Made by a program: the position numbers and the translations under genes. The notes under the pieces are model-generated. The model was not told where the DNA came from. It saw only the letters and a program-made list of their open reading frames with translations, and did not search any database. 64,000 nucleotides of DNA from a virus, in the IMG/VR virus record IMGVR_UViG_3300035696_000020, positions 39,892-103,891 of that record; one strand, given 5' to 3'. Positions 25,005 to 35,573 of this stretch are shown here, piece by piece. The first letter of the stretch is position 1. Every line of letters begins with the position of its first letter.

Positions 25005-25577
25005 ATGAGTGAAGGAATTGTAGAGATTGGCGTTTATGCGCCACCATTCGAGCCCTTCCAGAAGATAGCACGCCTTAGCCGCGAATGCTACGTGCTCGAA
25101 AAAATTGATGGCACGAATGGGCAAGTTTACATCACCGAGGATGGCGACATCTTTGCCGGTAGTCGCACTCGCTGGGTAACTCCCGAGCAAGACAACGCAG
25201 GCTTTGCGAAGTGGGTACAGGGCAATAAGATGGACCTGCTAAGGCTTGGTCCTGGCAGGCATTTTGGTGAATGGTGGGGCGCTGGTATCCAAAGGGGTTA
25301 CGGCCTCAAGGAAAAGCGGTTCTCGCTATTCAATGTGTCACGGTGGGGAGATGATGCGGTGCGGCCGGCGTGCTGCCATGTGGTGCCGGTGCTGTATCGT
25401 GGCGAGTTCGATACGCAGACGGTTCAGTATTATCTCGATCGGTTGCGCGAGCGTGGTTCATTGGCAGCGCCTGGGTTCAATCGTCCCGAGGGTATCGTAG
25501 TCTACCACACTGCGGGCAATCTCCTATTCAAGAAGACGATCGAGGACGACGCAACTCCGAAAAGTATGGTGGCGTGA
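25005..25577 (+). CDS. ATP-dependent RNA ligase-like protein (adenylation domain only)
   Basis: Motif I EKIDGTN, GSR, FGEWWG, FSLF, PEGIVV, KK. Confidence 0.8.
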   Translation: MSEGIVEIGVYAPPFEPFQKIARLSRECYVLEKIDGTNGQVYITEDGDIFAGSRTRWVTPEQDNAGFAKWVQGNKMDLLRLGPGRHFGEWWGAGIQRGYGLKEKRFSLFNVSRWGDDAVRPACCHVVPVLYRGEFDTQTVQYYLDRLRERGSLAAPGFNRPEGIVVYHTAGNLLFKKTIEDDATPKSMVA

Positions 25578-28123
25578 TGAGGATTGAAATTTCTGAGGAT
25601 GAGGACGATTTCGTTCGCAGCACCTCATTCAAGTTGCCGTGGCGTCTAAGCACCAAGTATTATCCTACACGCTACGGTCGTGGTTGTCCTGCGATCGTTG
25701 ACGCAGATGGGGCGGTGATCGTGCTCTTGGACCCGTCGAACAACGAATACGCGCCAGCCTGTAGCAAGGAAGCCGCAGAGGCGATTGTCAACTTGGCGTT
25801 CCGTATGCATGGGCTGGAAAAGTGAACATGAATGGCGAGCCGCAACCAATCCTCGTCTCTAATCCATTGGCGGATATGGTGTCTACCCTACTCAAGGACA
25901 TTCAAGCGGGGCAGATTACATCAGTCGCGGTTGTCGCGGTCATGCGTCAGGGCGGGTGCGGATCGATGTACGCAGGCCCACAGCGCGGCGATCTGTTTAT
26001 TGGGGCGTCGTCGTTGACCAAGAAGTTGCTCGCGGACATTGAGGCGCCGCAACCGAAGTCTTCGATTATACGGGCGGTCCCTGGTTGAAACGCCTCCTTG
26101 GCTGCATTGAAGTCTTTATAGGCGTAGGGATCGTAGTCGGGCTGGGGTACTTTGCGGTGTATGCGTTTCACCAGATGGCTGGGATGATCGCGGCGGGGTG
26201 GATTTTGCTATGAATGAGGAACAGAAAGATCATCTAGCGGTGAGAATTAAGCATCGTGATCAGTGTCCTTATGAGAAGGGGCACGATGATGGCGATGCTC
26301 TTGCTGGGTTTATGTTTGGGTTGGTGTTGTCATCAGCGATTTGGCTTCTGATCTTGGGGGTAACGCTGCACAAATGAACCGCCTAATCTCAGCCAAGTGG
26401 GTCTATCGAGACTTCGGTGGTGAGACTGATGAATTGGTAGTCCGTGTCCGGTTCGTGCGAGGGGATCGCGCGTGTGTCTCGTATGCGGAGAATATGTTCA
26501 GTAGGTCAATCCAAAGGGCGATGGAGAGTTACCGATGAAAGAGGTAATCTTCGTTCTGACGTTGCTTTTTCCGAAAGAGACGATCAACCCAGAGTTCCCA
26601 TTCTACAATCCGTATTCGGTTGAATTTAGTTCGCCGCGAGACTGTGTGCAAGCCGAAAGACTTCTGGGGATGTGGCTTGATAAATCTCGTATTTTTGAGA
26701 TTACTTGTAGTCGGAAGTTCGATGGGTTCCTTATCTCAAAGACGGAGAACGTAGAACAGGACCGCGAACTCAAAGACTAAGGTAGGGCGCGGATGATATC
26801 ATGCAACGTGTATGCAAGTGTGGTCGCAAGATCGTGGCATGGTTGCCAAAGCGCAGGGGTGTGACAAGGCCTAATCGAGACCATGATCTGTGCCAAAAGT
26901 GTTGGAAAGCAGAGCAAGACAGGGAAAGGGTAAAACATGAGCGAGAAAGTCACAACGATTCACGTGCATACGGGCGACAAGGGCTGCAAGATCAAGATGC
27001 GCAGCTTTGATACGTGGGACTGTGAAAGTTGCGTCGAGGAAACTGAGACCTCGACCGAAGTGACGGTGCATCCTCACAAGTCTTGGACTGGTACGATTTC
27101 GGACAATGACACGATCGAGTACATCGAAGAGTTCGAGCCCGACGAAAGAGTGAACGAAAATGGAGTTAGTGGCCGAGGTTATTGATAGTCCACGTCTCCC
27201 TTCAAAAGATGAGGCTTGGCGTGATCTTTTGGACGCGATTGACAATCTTTGGGAAGCGCGATCTGACTGGATAAAGCCTGGGGGCAAGAAAGAAGTAGTT
27301 TCCGCGCTGCGACAGGTTGATTTATGTGGTAGCATTTTTCGTCAAGTCGTGTGGCAAGATGGGGGATGGAAGGAAAATGAGTGAGCATCTTTCCCACACA
27401 TGGCTTCCGGCCGGGAGGGTTGATGAAACAATCTCGACCAAGGATCGCAAGCCCGTGAAGTGGGAGTGGTACTATTGTAAAGACTGCGGGCATCCTGGGT
27501 TTTCTCGGGATGCTAGCCGTGTGGTGGCATGGTTGCCGATGCATTCGGTGAGCGTATGAGCGACGAAGTAATCTCCAATCTCAAGGCGCTAGCCTCCGCA
27601 TACGAAGGCAGTTATTTTCCAAACGGGACTGGCGAAATTTCAATTGAGGTTGTCTGCGCAGATGCGATTGCCGAGATTGAAACCTGTCGTGGAGCAATCA
27701 GGATGGTGAAGGGTTCGGTAGCATTTGCTACGCTTCCTCTTGCCGACTTTATCAGGCCAGCGAAATGAGCGCGGACGTTGTTGAAGAGTTAAAGAAATGG
27801 GCTGGCCTAAAGGCTGGTGACACCGTTGACTTTGCTCCTGGGAATTGGGGCGATGCGCTTCATAAAGTCTTGGTGGATGCGATTGCCGAGATCGAGAACC
27901 AACGCGACTTGGTTGCTGGGATGACCAAGGCCCTCGATATCATGAAGGATTCGATTGCGTTCCAGACCAAAGGCCACTCGTTTGGAAGCGGCGAGACTTA
28001 CAACGTGCTTGAAAAGAAATGGCAGGGATCACCACCAACGGACAAGTCTCCGATCGCGCGGGCAACTGTAGACGGTATTGCAGAATATAAAAAAGTTTAT
28101 GCTAGCTTGAAACTTGGGACTAG

Positions 28124-30769
28124 TTGACCGACGTACCAATTGATTTAGGACAGAATTATCGCTATCCGGCGCCTCCCGCACTAGAAGGGGCGAGTATCAC
28201 CGTCATTGCAGACGGGATAGATGCGCCGTCTTTCGACCCATCGGACGGCACGACACAGATAGATTTGCCGGATGGTAGCGTACAGATCACCTTTGGCGAG
28301 CCGGAAAAGAAAAAGCGCACGTCCACCGGGTTCAATGACAACCTCGCCGAGGACCTAAGCGATTCCGATTGCGCGTCCATCGCGGAAAAGCTATTACTCG
28401 GCATAGACCAAGACGTTCAAAGCCGTTCCATGTGGCTAGAGAACATGGCGAACGGCATCTCGCTCTTAGGTCTGGAGATCAAGAACCCTCGTGGCGCCGC
28501 AGCGTCCGGGGCAACCCCACAAGAGGGTGTAAGCACAGTAGATCATCCGTTGCTCCTAGAAGCGGTGCTACGCTTTCAAGCTAACGCACGTGGGGAATTG
28601 CTCCCTACCGATGGCCCGGTCAAGGTCCGAAACGACGGCGAAGGCAACGAGCTAGCAGATAAGCTCGCTGACGCCCTCGAAAAGGACATGAACCACTATT
28701 TAACAAAGGTAGCGAAGGAATACTACCCGGACACCGACAAGTTGCTGTTTATGGTCGGGTTCTCGGGGATAGGCTTTAAGAAGGGTTTTCATTGTCCGAT
28801 TCGGCGGCGGCCGGTCATTGAGAGTATCGATTCCAAGGACCTGATCGTAAGCAATGCCGCGACGAACCTGGAAGGCGCAGGGCGGGTAACCCACCGGATC
28901 ATGATGCGTCCGCCCGTGTTGCGCAGGATGCAGTTGTTGGGCGCATACCTCGACATCAAGCTTCATAACCCTGGCATGCCGGCAGTCCAGAACCCGGTCG
29001 ATACCAAGATCAATCAAACGCAGGGCATTGCACCTCCGACCTACGTTGAGAACGAGGAACAGGACCGCGAGCTTTACGAGTGCTACTGCGAAATCGAAGT
29101 TCCCGGCTTTGAGCACGAAATCGACGGCAAGCAAACTGGGCTTCCGCTTCCGTACAAGGTAACGATCGACCGCGAATCACGGCGCATCCTTGAAATCCGT
29201 AGGAATTGGGCGGAAGACGATGAGTTCTGTATGCCGCTCAACAGGATCATCGCGTATATCTTCATTCCTGGCCTGGGCTTCTATGGGATAGGGCTTCTGA
29301 ATGTCCTAGGGAATGCGACTAAGGCGGTAACTGCGGCATGGCGTCTGATGATCGACGCCGGCATGTTCGCAAACTTCCCTGGCTTCCTGTACCTCAAGAA
29401 CCTAGCCAAGCAGTTAACGAACCAATTCCGCATCCCGCCCGGTGGTGGCATGGCGATCGATGCGACAGGTCCGAACGCCGATGTGCGCCGGATGATTATG
29501 CCACTCCCGTATAAAGACGCAAGCCCAGTCTTTATGCAGTTGATTGAAAATGTAGTCCAGACTGCGCAGCGTGTCGGTGGAACCGCAGAGCTACAGATCG
29601 GGGAGGGGAAGGCTGACGCGCCAGTAGGTACGACGCTGGCGATGGTCGAGCAAGCCACGAAGTTGATGAGCGCGGTCCATAAGAGACTGCACCAAGCCCA
29701 AGGACAGGAACTCGATCTCCTAAAGACGCTTCTCATGGAAGACCCCGAGGCACTTTGGCGGCACCACAAGAAGTCAAAGATTCTCAAAGAACTAACCGCA
29801 ATGGCAGGACAACAGCCTGTCGTAGATGCCGAGGAATCCGCCGAGGACCGGCACCGTGCATTGTTTCTGGCCGCACTGAGTGATTGTGAATTGATTCCGC
29901 GCGCTGATCCTAACACCTCGTCGCATACCGAGCGCTACCTAAAGATTGTGGCAATGCGTCAGATGGCAATGACCCCTGGCAGCAACATGGACCTTAACAA
30001 AGTCGATGAGCGTGGATTATCGGCGATTGGTGTTGATGATCCTGATTCGCTGATGAAGGACCCGCCACCACCGGGCGCACCGCCACCGCCGCCGTCGCCA
30101 GAACAGTTAACCGCGCAAGCCACGATGATGGCCGCGCAAGCCCGTGTTTCCGAGGCTCAAGCCCGTGCCGCCGATGCCGCAGCGAAGGCCCGTCAGTCTA
30201 CCGTAGATACGGCAACCGACGCGCAGATCAAGATGGCAGAACTCGCCGCGAAAGAGCGTATCGCCGCGCAAGAAGTAGCCAAGGAAACGGTTATCCACCA
30301 AGCCGACCAAGCCAAGGAAGAGCGTGCGGCGCAGATGGAAAACGAACAACGCAGCGCAGATCGGTTGCATAAGTTGGCGATGGCGTCCGTTCAGTCTAGG
30401 GCTAGCGCACGTGATTCTGCGTTGCAGCGTGCCCACGATATGCGGCAGACCAACCAAGGCTTGGCACATGAGGCAATCCAATCTCACTTGGATAGGACGC
30501 ACGAAGCAGGACTTGCCGGTGCGGCGCAGCAACATGAGGCAGGGCTAGAGCACGGCGGCCGGGTTCACGAAGCAATGCAAGCCCATGCCGACCGGATTAA
30601 CGAAGGACTAGGCCGCGCACACGAAGCCCAACAGAATGCCGTGGATAGGCAACATGAGGGGCTGGCGCGTAGCTTTGAAGCAGACCAGAATGAGAAGGAT
30701 CGGGCACACGAAATCGCCAAAATAAAGGCGACGCCAAAGCCCCCAAAGGGAAATAGGGGAAAGAAATGA
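28124..30769 (+). CDS. Portal protein
   Basis: HPLLLEAVLRFQA.A..ELLP..GPVK, GFYGIGL, IDAG..AN.PG, APVGTTLA..EQ; long coiled-coil C-terminus. Confidence 0.9.
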   Translation: MTDVPIDLGQNYRYPAPPALEGASITVIADGIDAPSFDPSDGTTQIDLPDGSVQITFGEPEKKKRTSTGFNDNLAEDLSDSDCASIAEKLLLGIDQDVQSRSMWLENMANGISLLGLEIKNPRGAAASGATPQEGVSTVDHPLLLEAVLRFQANARGELLPTDGPVKVRNDGEGNELADKLADALEKDMNHYLTKVAKEYYPDTDKLLFMVGFSGIGFKKGFHCPIRRRPVIESIDSKDLIVSNAATNLEGAGRVTHRIMMRPPVLRRMQLLGAYLDIKLHNPGMPAVQNPVDTKINQTQGIAPPTYVENEEQDRELYECYCEIEVPGFEHEIDGKQTGLPLPYKVTIDRESRRILEIRRNWAEDDEFCMPLNRIIAYIFIPGLGFYGIGLLNVLGNATKAVTAAWRLMIDAGMFANFPGFLYLKNLAKQLTNQFRIPPGGGMAIDATGPNADVRRMIMPLPYKDASPVFMQLIENVVQTAQRVGGTAELQIGEGKADAPVGTTLAMVEQATKLMSAVHKRLHQAQGQELDLLKTLLMEDPEALWRHHKKSKILKELTAMAGQQPVVDAEESAEDRHRALFLAALSDCELIPRADPNTSSHTERYLKIVAMRQMAMTPGSNMDLNKVDERGLSAIGVDDPDSLMKDPPPPGAPPPPPSPEQLTAQATMMAAQARVSEAQARAADAAAKARQSTVDTATDAQIKMAELAAKERIAAQEVAKETVIHQADQAKEERAAQMENEQRSADRLHKLAMASVQSRASARDSALQRAHDMRQTNQGLAHEAIQSHLDRTHEAGLAGAAQQHEAGLEHGGRVHEAMQAHADRINEGLGRAHEAQQNAVDRQHEGLARSFEADQNEKDRAHEIAKIKATPKPPKGNRGKK

Positions 30770-31065
30770 GCAAAGTTAACAATGTTTCGTCCGCTCTCGC
30801 TAGGTTTGCTAAGGATGTATCGTCTGGCGAATATCCGCAATTTGTAATGGTCGTTGTCTCTAAAGACGGTAATCCATTCGCATGGATAGCCGGTGCTCAA
30901 GAACAGCCAGATAGGATGTTGAAAGCTTTGGATTTTGCAAAGGCCGGGGTTGATCGAATACGAGATAGCGAGTCAGTGTTTGTAGTTGAAGGATGGGCGG
31001 CTAGGTTCATTCCATTGAAGGAACTTGAGAACAAACCTGATCTATCTGCTCATCTAAGGTTCTAA
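30766..31065 (+). CDS. Hypothetical protein (paralog of 31685)
   Basis: KV.NVSS..A.F...V.SGEY...RF.PLK. Confidence 0.65.
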   Translation: MSKVNNVSSALARFAKDVSSGEYPQFVMVVVSKDGNPFAWIAGAQEQPDRMLKALDFAKAGVDRIRDSESVFVVEGWAARFIPLKELENKPDLSAHLRF

Positions 31066-31092
31066 GGGGAACTAAGCTCTAAGGAGAGACTG

Positions 31093-31668
31093 ATGGGATG
31101 GGATGATATTTTTAGAATAGGAAAAGAACTTTGTGCTAAGGAAATAGCACTTATCCCTAAAAAGGGTAATTTTATCGGAATTACATCGGCGCAAAAGTCT
31201 ATTTTAGTAAACATGAAGCTTTATCCTGAATATTTGCCACCAAATAATAATGACACAGAGGACTTGGTACAACGTGGTTTATTGTATCCTTCATGGAATG
31301 GAACTCTTCTTCTTAATTGGTCACAAATACCGTGGAGTGATAAGAAATCGTTCTTTTCTTGTGAGGATGGTGTTATGGATAAGGGTAATGCGCCGAAGCC
31401 AATATCATTGGTAGTTGAAGAGATTAAATACAAACTTGGCAAACTTCCTATTGATGTTGTTGTGGAAGCGGGCGATGATTGCGTGTTGGTTGGGAGCAAC
31501 GGCTTAGACCTTGGGTTCTGCATCACCAGAAATTGCATAGACAATGAAGACTATCTTGGGACGCATCTAAGAGCGTCATGGCGTGTATTTCTGATAGCCG
31601 CCGCCGAGAAATGCAGAGAAATTGCAGACGAATTTGGCGACGCCAAAGCCAAAGGTGACGAAGCCTAA
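31093..31668 (+). CDS. Hypothetical protein (DLGFCITR family)
   Basis: C-terminal half resembles 32866 and 35067. Confidence 0.6.
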   Translation: MGWDDIFRIGKELCAKEIALIPKKGNFIGITSAQKSILVNMKLYPEYLPPNNNDTEDLVQRGLLYPSWNGTLLLNWSQIPWSDKKSFFSCEDGVMDKGNAPKPISLVVEEIKYKLGKLPIDVVVEAGDDCVLVGSNGLDLGFCITRNCIDNEDYLGTHLRASWRVFLIAAAEKCREIADEFGDAKAKGDEA

Positions 31669-31684
31669 GAAGTGAGGATAGGGG

Positions 31685-31957
31685 ATGGGAAAAGTTGACA
31701 ATGTATCATCGGTAGTTGCCGGGTTTGTCGATAGGGTTACGTCGGGGGAGTATTTATCATTCGTAATGATAGGCATCCCGAAAGAGGGGCCTTCAATAGT
31801 TTATATAAAGGGCGGCCAAGAGCGTCCAGACGTTATAATCGAATCTTTGGGTGAAGCAAAGGAAAGCGTGCAATCCATTCGTGATGGAAGGTCATTGTTC
31901 GAGGTTGAGATGTCCGCAAGAATGCGGTTCCTTCCATTGAAGGATGTCTCAAAATGA
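31685..31957 (+). CDS. Hypothetical protein (paralog of 30766)
   Basis: Colinear similarity to 30766. Confidence 0.65.
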   Translation: MGKVDNVSSVVAGFVDRVTSGEYLSFVMIGIPKEGPSIVYIKGGQERPDVIIESLGEAKESVQSIRDGRSLFEVEMSARMRFLPLKDVSK

Positions 31958-32262
31958 AAGCGGCACTAAGTATCGTCTTCATCATGGCTGCATCTATATC
32001 CCACGCAGCCGATATGTGCCCAGCCGATCACCCGCATGCCCGCAAGGTGATTGACTATACAAAGTCGGTACAGTGCACGCTGATGATGTGCCTCCCGGTT
32101 CTGACGTGCCCTGCGGAAGGGGATTGTGTTTACACCTCGTCCTCGTGCAACACGTGTACGAACAACACGACGGAGATATGTCTGTCGGATGATGAGTTGC
32201 AGCGAGCACAAGGGATGGCGAATCCACTTAGTTTGCCAGTCTATCAGGGGATAGCGCAATGA
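31954..32262 (+). CDS. Secreted Cys-rich protein
   Basis: Signal peptide ending SHA-A; 8 Cys. Confidence 0.6.
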   Translation: MKAALSIVFIMAASISHAADMCPADHPHARKVIDYTKSVQCTLMMCLPVLTCPAEGDCVYTSSSCNTCTNNTTEICLSDDELQRAQGMANPLSLPVYQGIAQ

Positions 32263-32865
32263 CCTGGAAGCGCTCTGCTGGCCCACGCAAGCCCCGTCCT
32301 GCAAGCACATACCGTGCAGCACGTCGTAATCAAGTGAAAGAGATACGCGGCGTATGGCGTCCCGGAGAGCCACCTAACTACCGGCCCGCAGGACCAAAGC
32401 AAACTCTTGGTTTACGGTTTGGCCGGAAGGAAATACGGCCTTTGACCTATCGACCGAATGGTGAACGCGAGGTGGCGCGGCGCAAGCGGCAGTTCACGGA
32501 ATGGCTGTATCGGGAATTGACGGCGTGACACCGCACGAAATCACTCTCGCTAAGGCACTCGGCAGTTGCAGTTATATGCCGGGTTCGAGCCAAAAGCGCT
32601 TTGCAAAGGACATATCATTCCTGGCAGAACACTCGCCAGAACGCGAACTATCGTTAAGGCAGCGGCACTACATGGAACTGATGGCATGGCGCTATCGTCG
32701 CCAACTCCCGGAAAGTTTAGTGCCAAAGGCAAAGCCGCCTGATCTGCCTAAGAAAATACGAACTCCGTGCTCGACAACAAGTCAGAAAAAGAATGTCAGC
32801 GCTACAAGGCACACGATGGGAATCGCCGTGGCCACGGATGACTATTTAGAGGGGGAGTTGTTCCA

Positions 32866-33213
32866 ATGATAAACCGTCGTAGTCTGTTTTGTGCTGTACC
32901 ACTATTGCCATTTATAAGTATAGGCGTGTTGGCATCTACAGCAGATCAAGGCTTAGATGGTAAGCGTACAATTTACGATGCTGCTAACGAAATTCTAGAG
33001 GAATTATCTCCACTTCCTATTGGGTATCGAGTTAACGTTGACTATAGAACAGATTGCATCTTCATTCATAATGAAGAATTTGGATTTGCGATTACGCGCC
33101 GCGTAATTAAGGACGGCAATCATGTTAAGAATGCCAAAGCTGAATTTGAGAATCTTCTAAGTCGTGATCCCATGACTTATTTGGGGAGGTCTAGAGCTTT
33201 TCGAAGGCTCTAA
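32866..33213 (+). CDS. Hypothetical protein (FGFAITR family) with RR leader
   Basis: MINRRSLF + hydrophobic stretch. Confidence 0.55.
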   Translation: MINRRSLFCAVPLLPFISIGVLASTADQGLDGKRTIYDAANEILEELSPLPIGYRVNVDYRTDCIFIHNEEFGFAITRRVIKDGNHVKNAKAEFENLLSRDPMTYLGRSRAFRRL

Positions 33214-33314
33214 CTGGCTATCGCCGTACAGGTCGGTGAACCTGGGCTAAAGCGGTAGATGTGATGCACGCCCATCACCCTCCCCGCCTCATTTTTTCAA
33301 GGAGAGTTGTTTTG

Positions 33315-33548
33315 ATGTCGCTAGAGATTGGCACGATTGGGTGGGCCGTAAAGCACATGCAAGATGGTGGCAGAGTGCGTCGTCGCGGTTGGAACGGGAA
33401 GGGCATGTGGCTAGCAATTGAGCAGCCGCGTGGGCTTGGGATGGGGATGACGGTGCCGTTTGTTTTCATGAAAACGGCAGATGAGCAAAAGGTTCCTTGG
33501 CTGTGCTCACAAACTGATTTGCTCGCTATTGATTGGGAGACTGCATAA
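33315..33548 (+). CDS. DUF2829/Tad2-like protein (possible anti-defence sponge)
   Basis: GWAV..MQDG.RVRRRGWNGKGMWL...VPWLCSQTDLLAIDW. Confidence 0.8.
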   Translation: MSLEIGTIGWAVKHMQDGGRVRRRGWNGKGMWLAIEQPRGLGMGMTVPFVFMKTADEQKVPWLCSQTDLLAIDWETA

Positions 33549-33717
33549 TGACCTATCCTGTTAAAGATGCAACCTATAAGCACTCACCGAAATGGATTGA
33601 CCGCGAACGCGAATTAGAGCGTCGGGACACTACGCCATTCAAACAACCGGCAGATGATGGGATGTCGGCTGAGAAGCAGTACCAAAACGACGCCACGATG
33701 GATTAAAGGAGAACAGC

Positions 33718-34482
33718 ATGGCCCATCCCCTAAAAGATTCCGCAAGAGATTCCCACGGCAGCAAGCTTCGCCGCCTAACCGAAGGCTATGGTAGCGCTTC
33801 CGGCCCAGCCAATAACATCCTGGCTGAAACCAATAAGCACAAGGCGGAAGGCGCGGAACCCGCAGTAGGTTTCGGCGCCGACTCCGCAATGGCAAAGGCA
33901 CGTGGCGATCGTCCAATGCGCCGCACTGCCACCGCGAACCCACTCGCAACCCTAAAGAAGGGAGGCGTGGTTGAGCGTGCCAAGGGTGGACGTACGAAGC
34001 ACCATGGGAAGACGAATGTGAATGTCATTGTTGGAGGACCTAATGCTCCTGCAATGCCGCCGCGTCCTCCGGTTGCCGCTGTACCTCCGATGATGCCGCC
34101 ACGTCCGCCAATCGCACCTCCTGGCCCGCCTCCTGGTGGGCCGATGGGTGCAGGACCAATGGGCGCGCCGCCTCCAGGTCCTGGAGCCCTTCCGCCTCCG
34201 GGACTACCCGTCCGCAAGAAGGGTGGCCGAGTCCATGAAGATGCCGCCGAGGACAAGGCGCTGATTATGAAGACGCTCAAGTCCGAAGGACTTACGCGAT
34301 CAAGCAAGCCCGAGAAGATGGGGCTTCGTGAGCGTGCCGATGGTGGGCGCCTCGTTGCTCCGAAACGGTTGCCAAGCCAGAAGCATCACATGGAATCAGG
34401 AAGTGTGACGGGCAATGGAAGATTAGAAAAGATCGGCGAGACTAGCAAAATTAAGAACGCTGGGCGTCCACAAACCGTTTGA
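33718..34482 (+). CDS. Basic Pro-rich probable internal virion protein
   Basis: Repeated [KR]xxGG[RV] motifs, poly-Pro tract. Confidence 0.65.
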   Translation: MAHPLKDSARDSHGSKLRRLTEGYGSASGPANNILAETNKHKAEGAEPAVGFGADSAMAKARGDRPMRRTATANPLATLKKGGVVERAKGGRTKHHGKTNVNVIVGGPNAPAMPPRPPVAAVPPMMPPRPPIAPPGPPPGGPMGAGPMGAPPPGPGALPPPGLPVRKKGGRVHEDAAEDKALIMKTLKSEGLTRSSKPEKMGLRERADGGRLVAPKRLPSQKHHMESGSVTGNGRLEKIGETSKIKNAGRPQTV

Positions 34483-34512
34483 GGTACTGCACTAAAATCT
34501 TCGGAGGGGAAA

Positions 34513-35067
34513 GTGACTAGACCTGATATGACTCAGGAAATTCTTCGCTCTTTGGTTGATTACGATCCAGAGAGCGGAGAATTCACATGGTTGAAAAGAA
34601 ACGATCCTAGTAGGACGGGAAAATCTTGGGATGCTAGGTATTCTGGTAAGAAGGCAGGATGGCGGCGTAGCAATGGGTATATTGGCATAGATGTTACGTT
34701 TAGCGATGGTACTAGGAGAAAATATGCGGCCCATCGGCTAGCATGGCTTTACGTCTACGGTGAATGGCCTCAATCGGAATTAGACCACATCAATAGAATT
34801 AGAACTGACAATAGGATTAGTAATTTAAGGTTGGCCGACAGGTCTCAACAAACTCATAATCTAACCATTCGAAGCGACAATACCAGTGGTTTTACTGGCG
34901 TTAGTTGGAATAAGAATGAAAGGAAGTGGGTGGCGTACATCACATTTCATGGGAAGACAAAAACGTTAGGTTACTTTCGTGATCTTGATGCTGCAAAAGA
35001 AGCGTATATCGCTGCTTCACTCGCCCAAGCAAAAGAGTTCTCGGTTCATGCTCAAGGAGCCGCATAA
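34513..35067 (+). CDS. HNH-AP2 homing endonuclease
   Basis: YDPESGEFTW, AHRLAW, DHINRIRTDNRISNLR, NTSGFTGVSW..LGYF. Confidence 0.9.
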   Translation: MTRPDMTQEILRSLVDYDPESGEFTWLKRNDPSRTGKSWDARYSGKKAGWRRSNGYIGIDVTFSDGTRRKYAAHRLAWLYVYGEWPQSELDHINRIRTDNRISNLRLADRSQQTHNLTIRSDNTSGFTGVSWNKNERKWVAYITFHGKTKTLGYFRDLDAAKEAYIAASLAQAKEFSVHAQGAA

Positions 35068-35573
35068 TGCCACGCACAATACAGTCCATAGCAGACGAGA
35101 TCAAGGAAAAGTTCGGCCCGTTTCCGTATGACGTGGAGATCAAAGTAGACCATCTCATGGACAATCTCCTTGTATCGAGTAAGCATGCCGATCTTGGGTT
35201 TTGCATCACGCGCAAGTCAATTGCCGATGGCTTACACATGCGGCATTTCCCTGCCTCTCTGCTTGGTCTAAAGCGCGCGATGGCGAACAAATACTTTGTT
35301 ATGGCGGCTACTCTCTGGCCTGAAATGGCGCAGACCACCGACGACTTAGCCAAGCGATGGCACGAAGCATTCGGCCCAATCCCTAATCAGCCAAGCACGG
35401 TCGGGAGCGATCCCGTTAGAGAGGCTGAATGGCAGCAATTGGTTGTTGATACTGCTCTGCGGCCGGGAACAGCCGATAGCGACGTGAACTGCATGGATCA
35501 AAAGCCCGTCGAAACTGACGAAGAGCGCAAGGCCCGCATCTGGCAGGCAGTCTGCGCTTTGGCAAAAGCGTGA
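35067..35573 (+). CDS. Hypothetical protein (DLGFCITR family)
   Basis: Shared motif with 31093 and 32866. Confidence 0.6.
   Translation: MPRTIQSIADEIKEKFGPFPYDVEIKVDHLMDNLLVSSKHADLGFCITRKSIADGLHMRHFPASLLGLKRAMANKYFVMAATLWPEMAQTTDDLAKRWHEAFGPIPNQPSTVGSDPVREAEWQQLVVDTALRPGTADSDVNCMDQKPVETDEERKARIWQAVCALAKA

Noticed and set aside
31714-31725. 12-nt match (AGTTGCCGGGTT) to the putative TnpB guide at 3326
   Set aside because: The guide boundary is unverified, the match stops at 12 nt and no TAM is known; it may be chance
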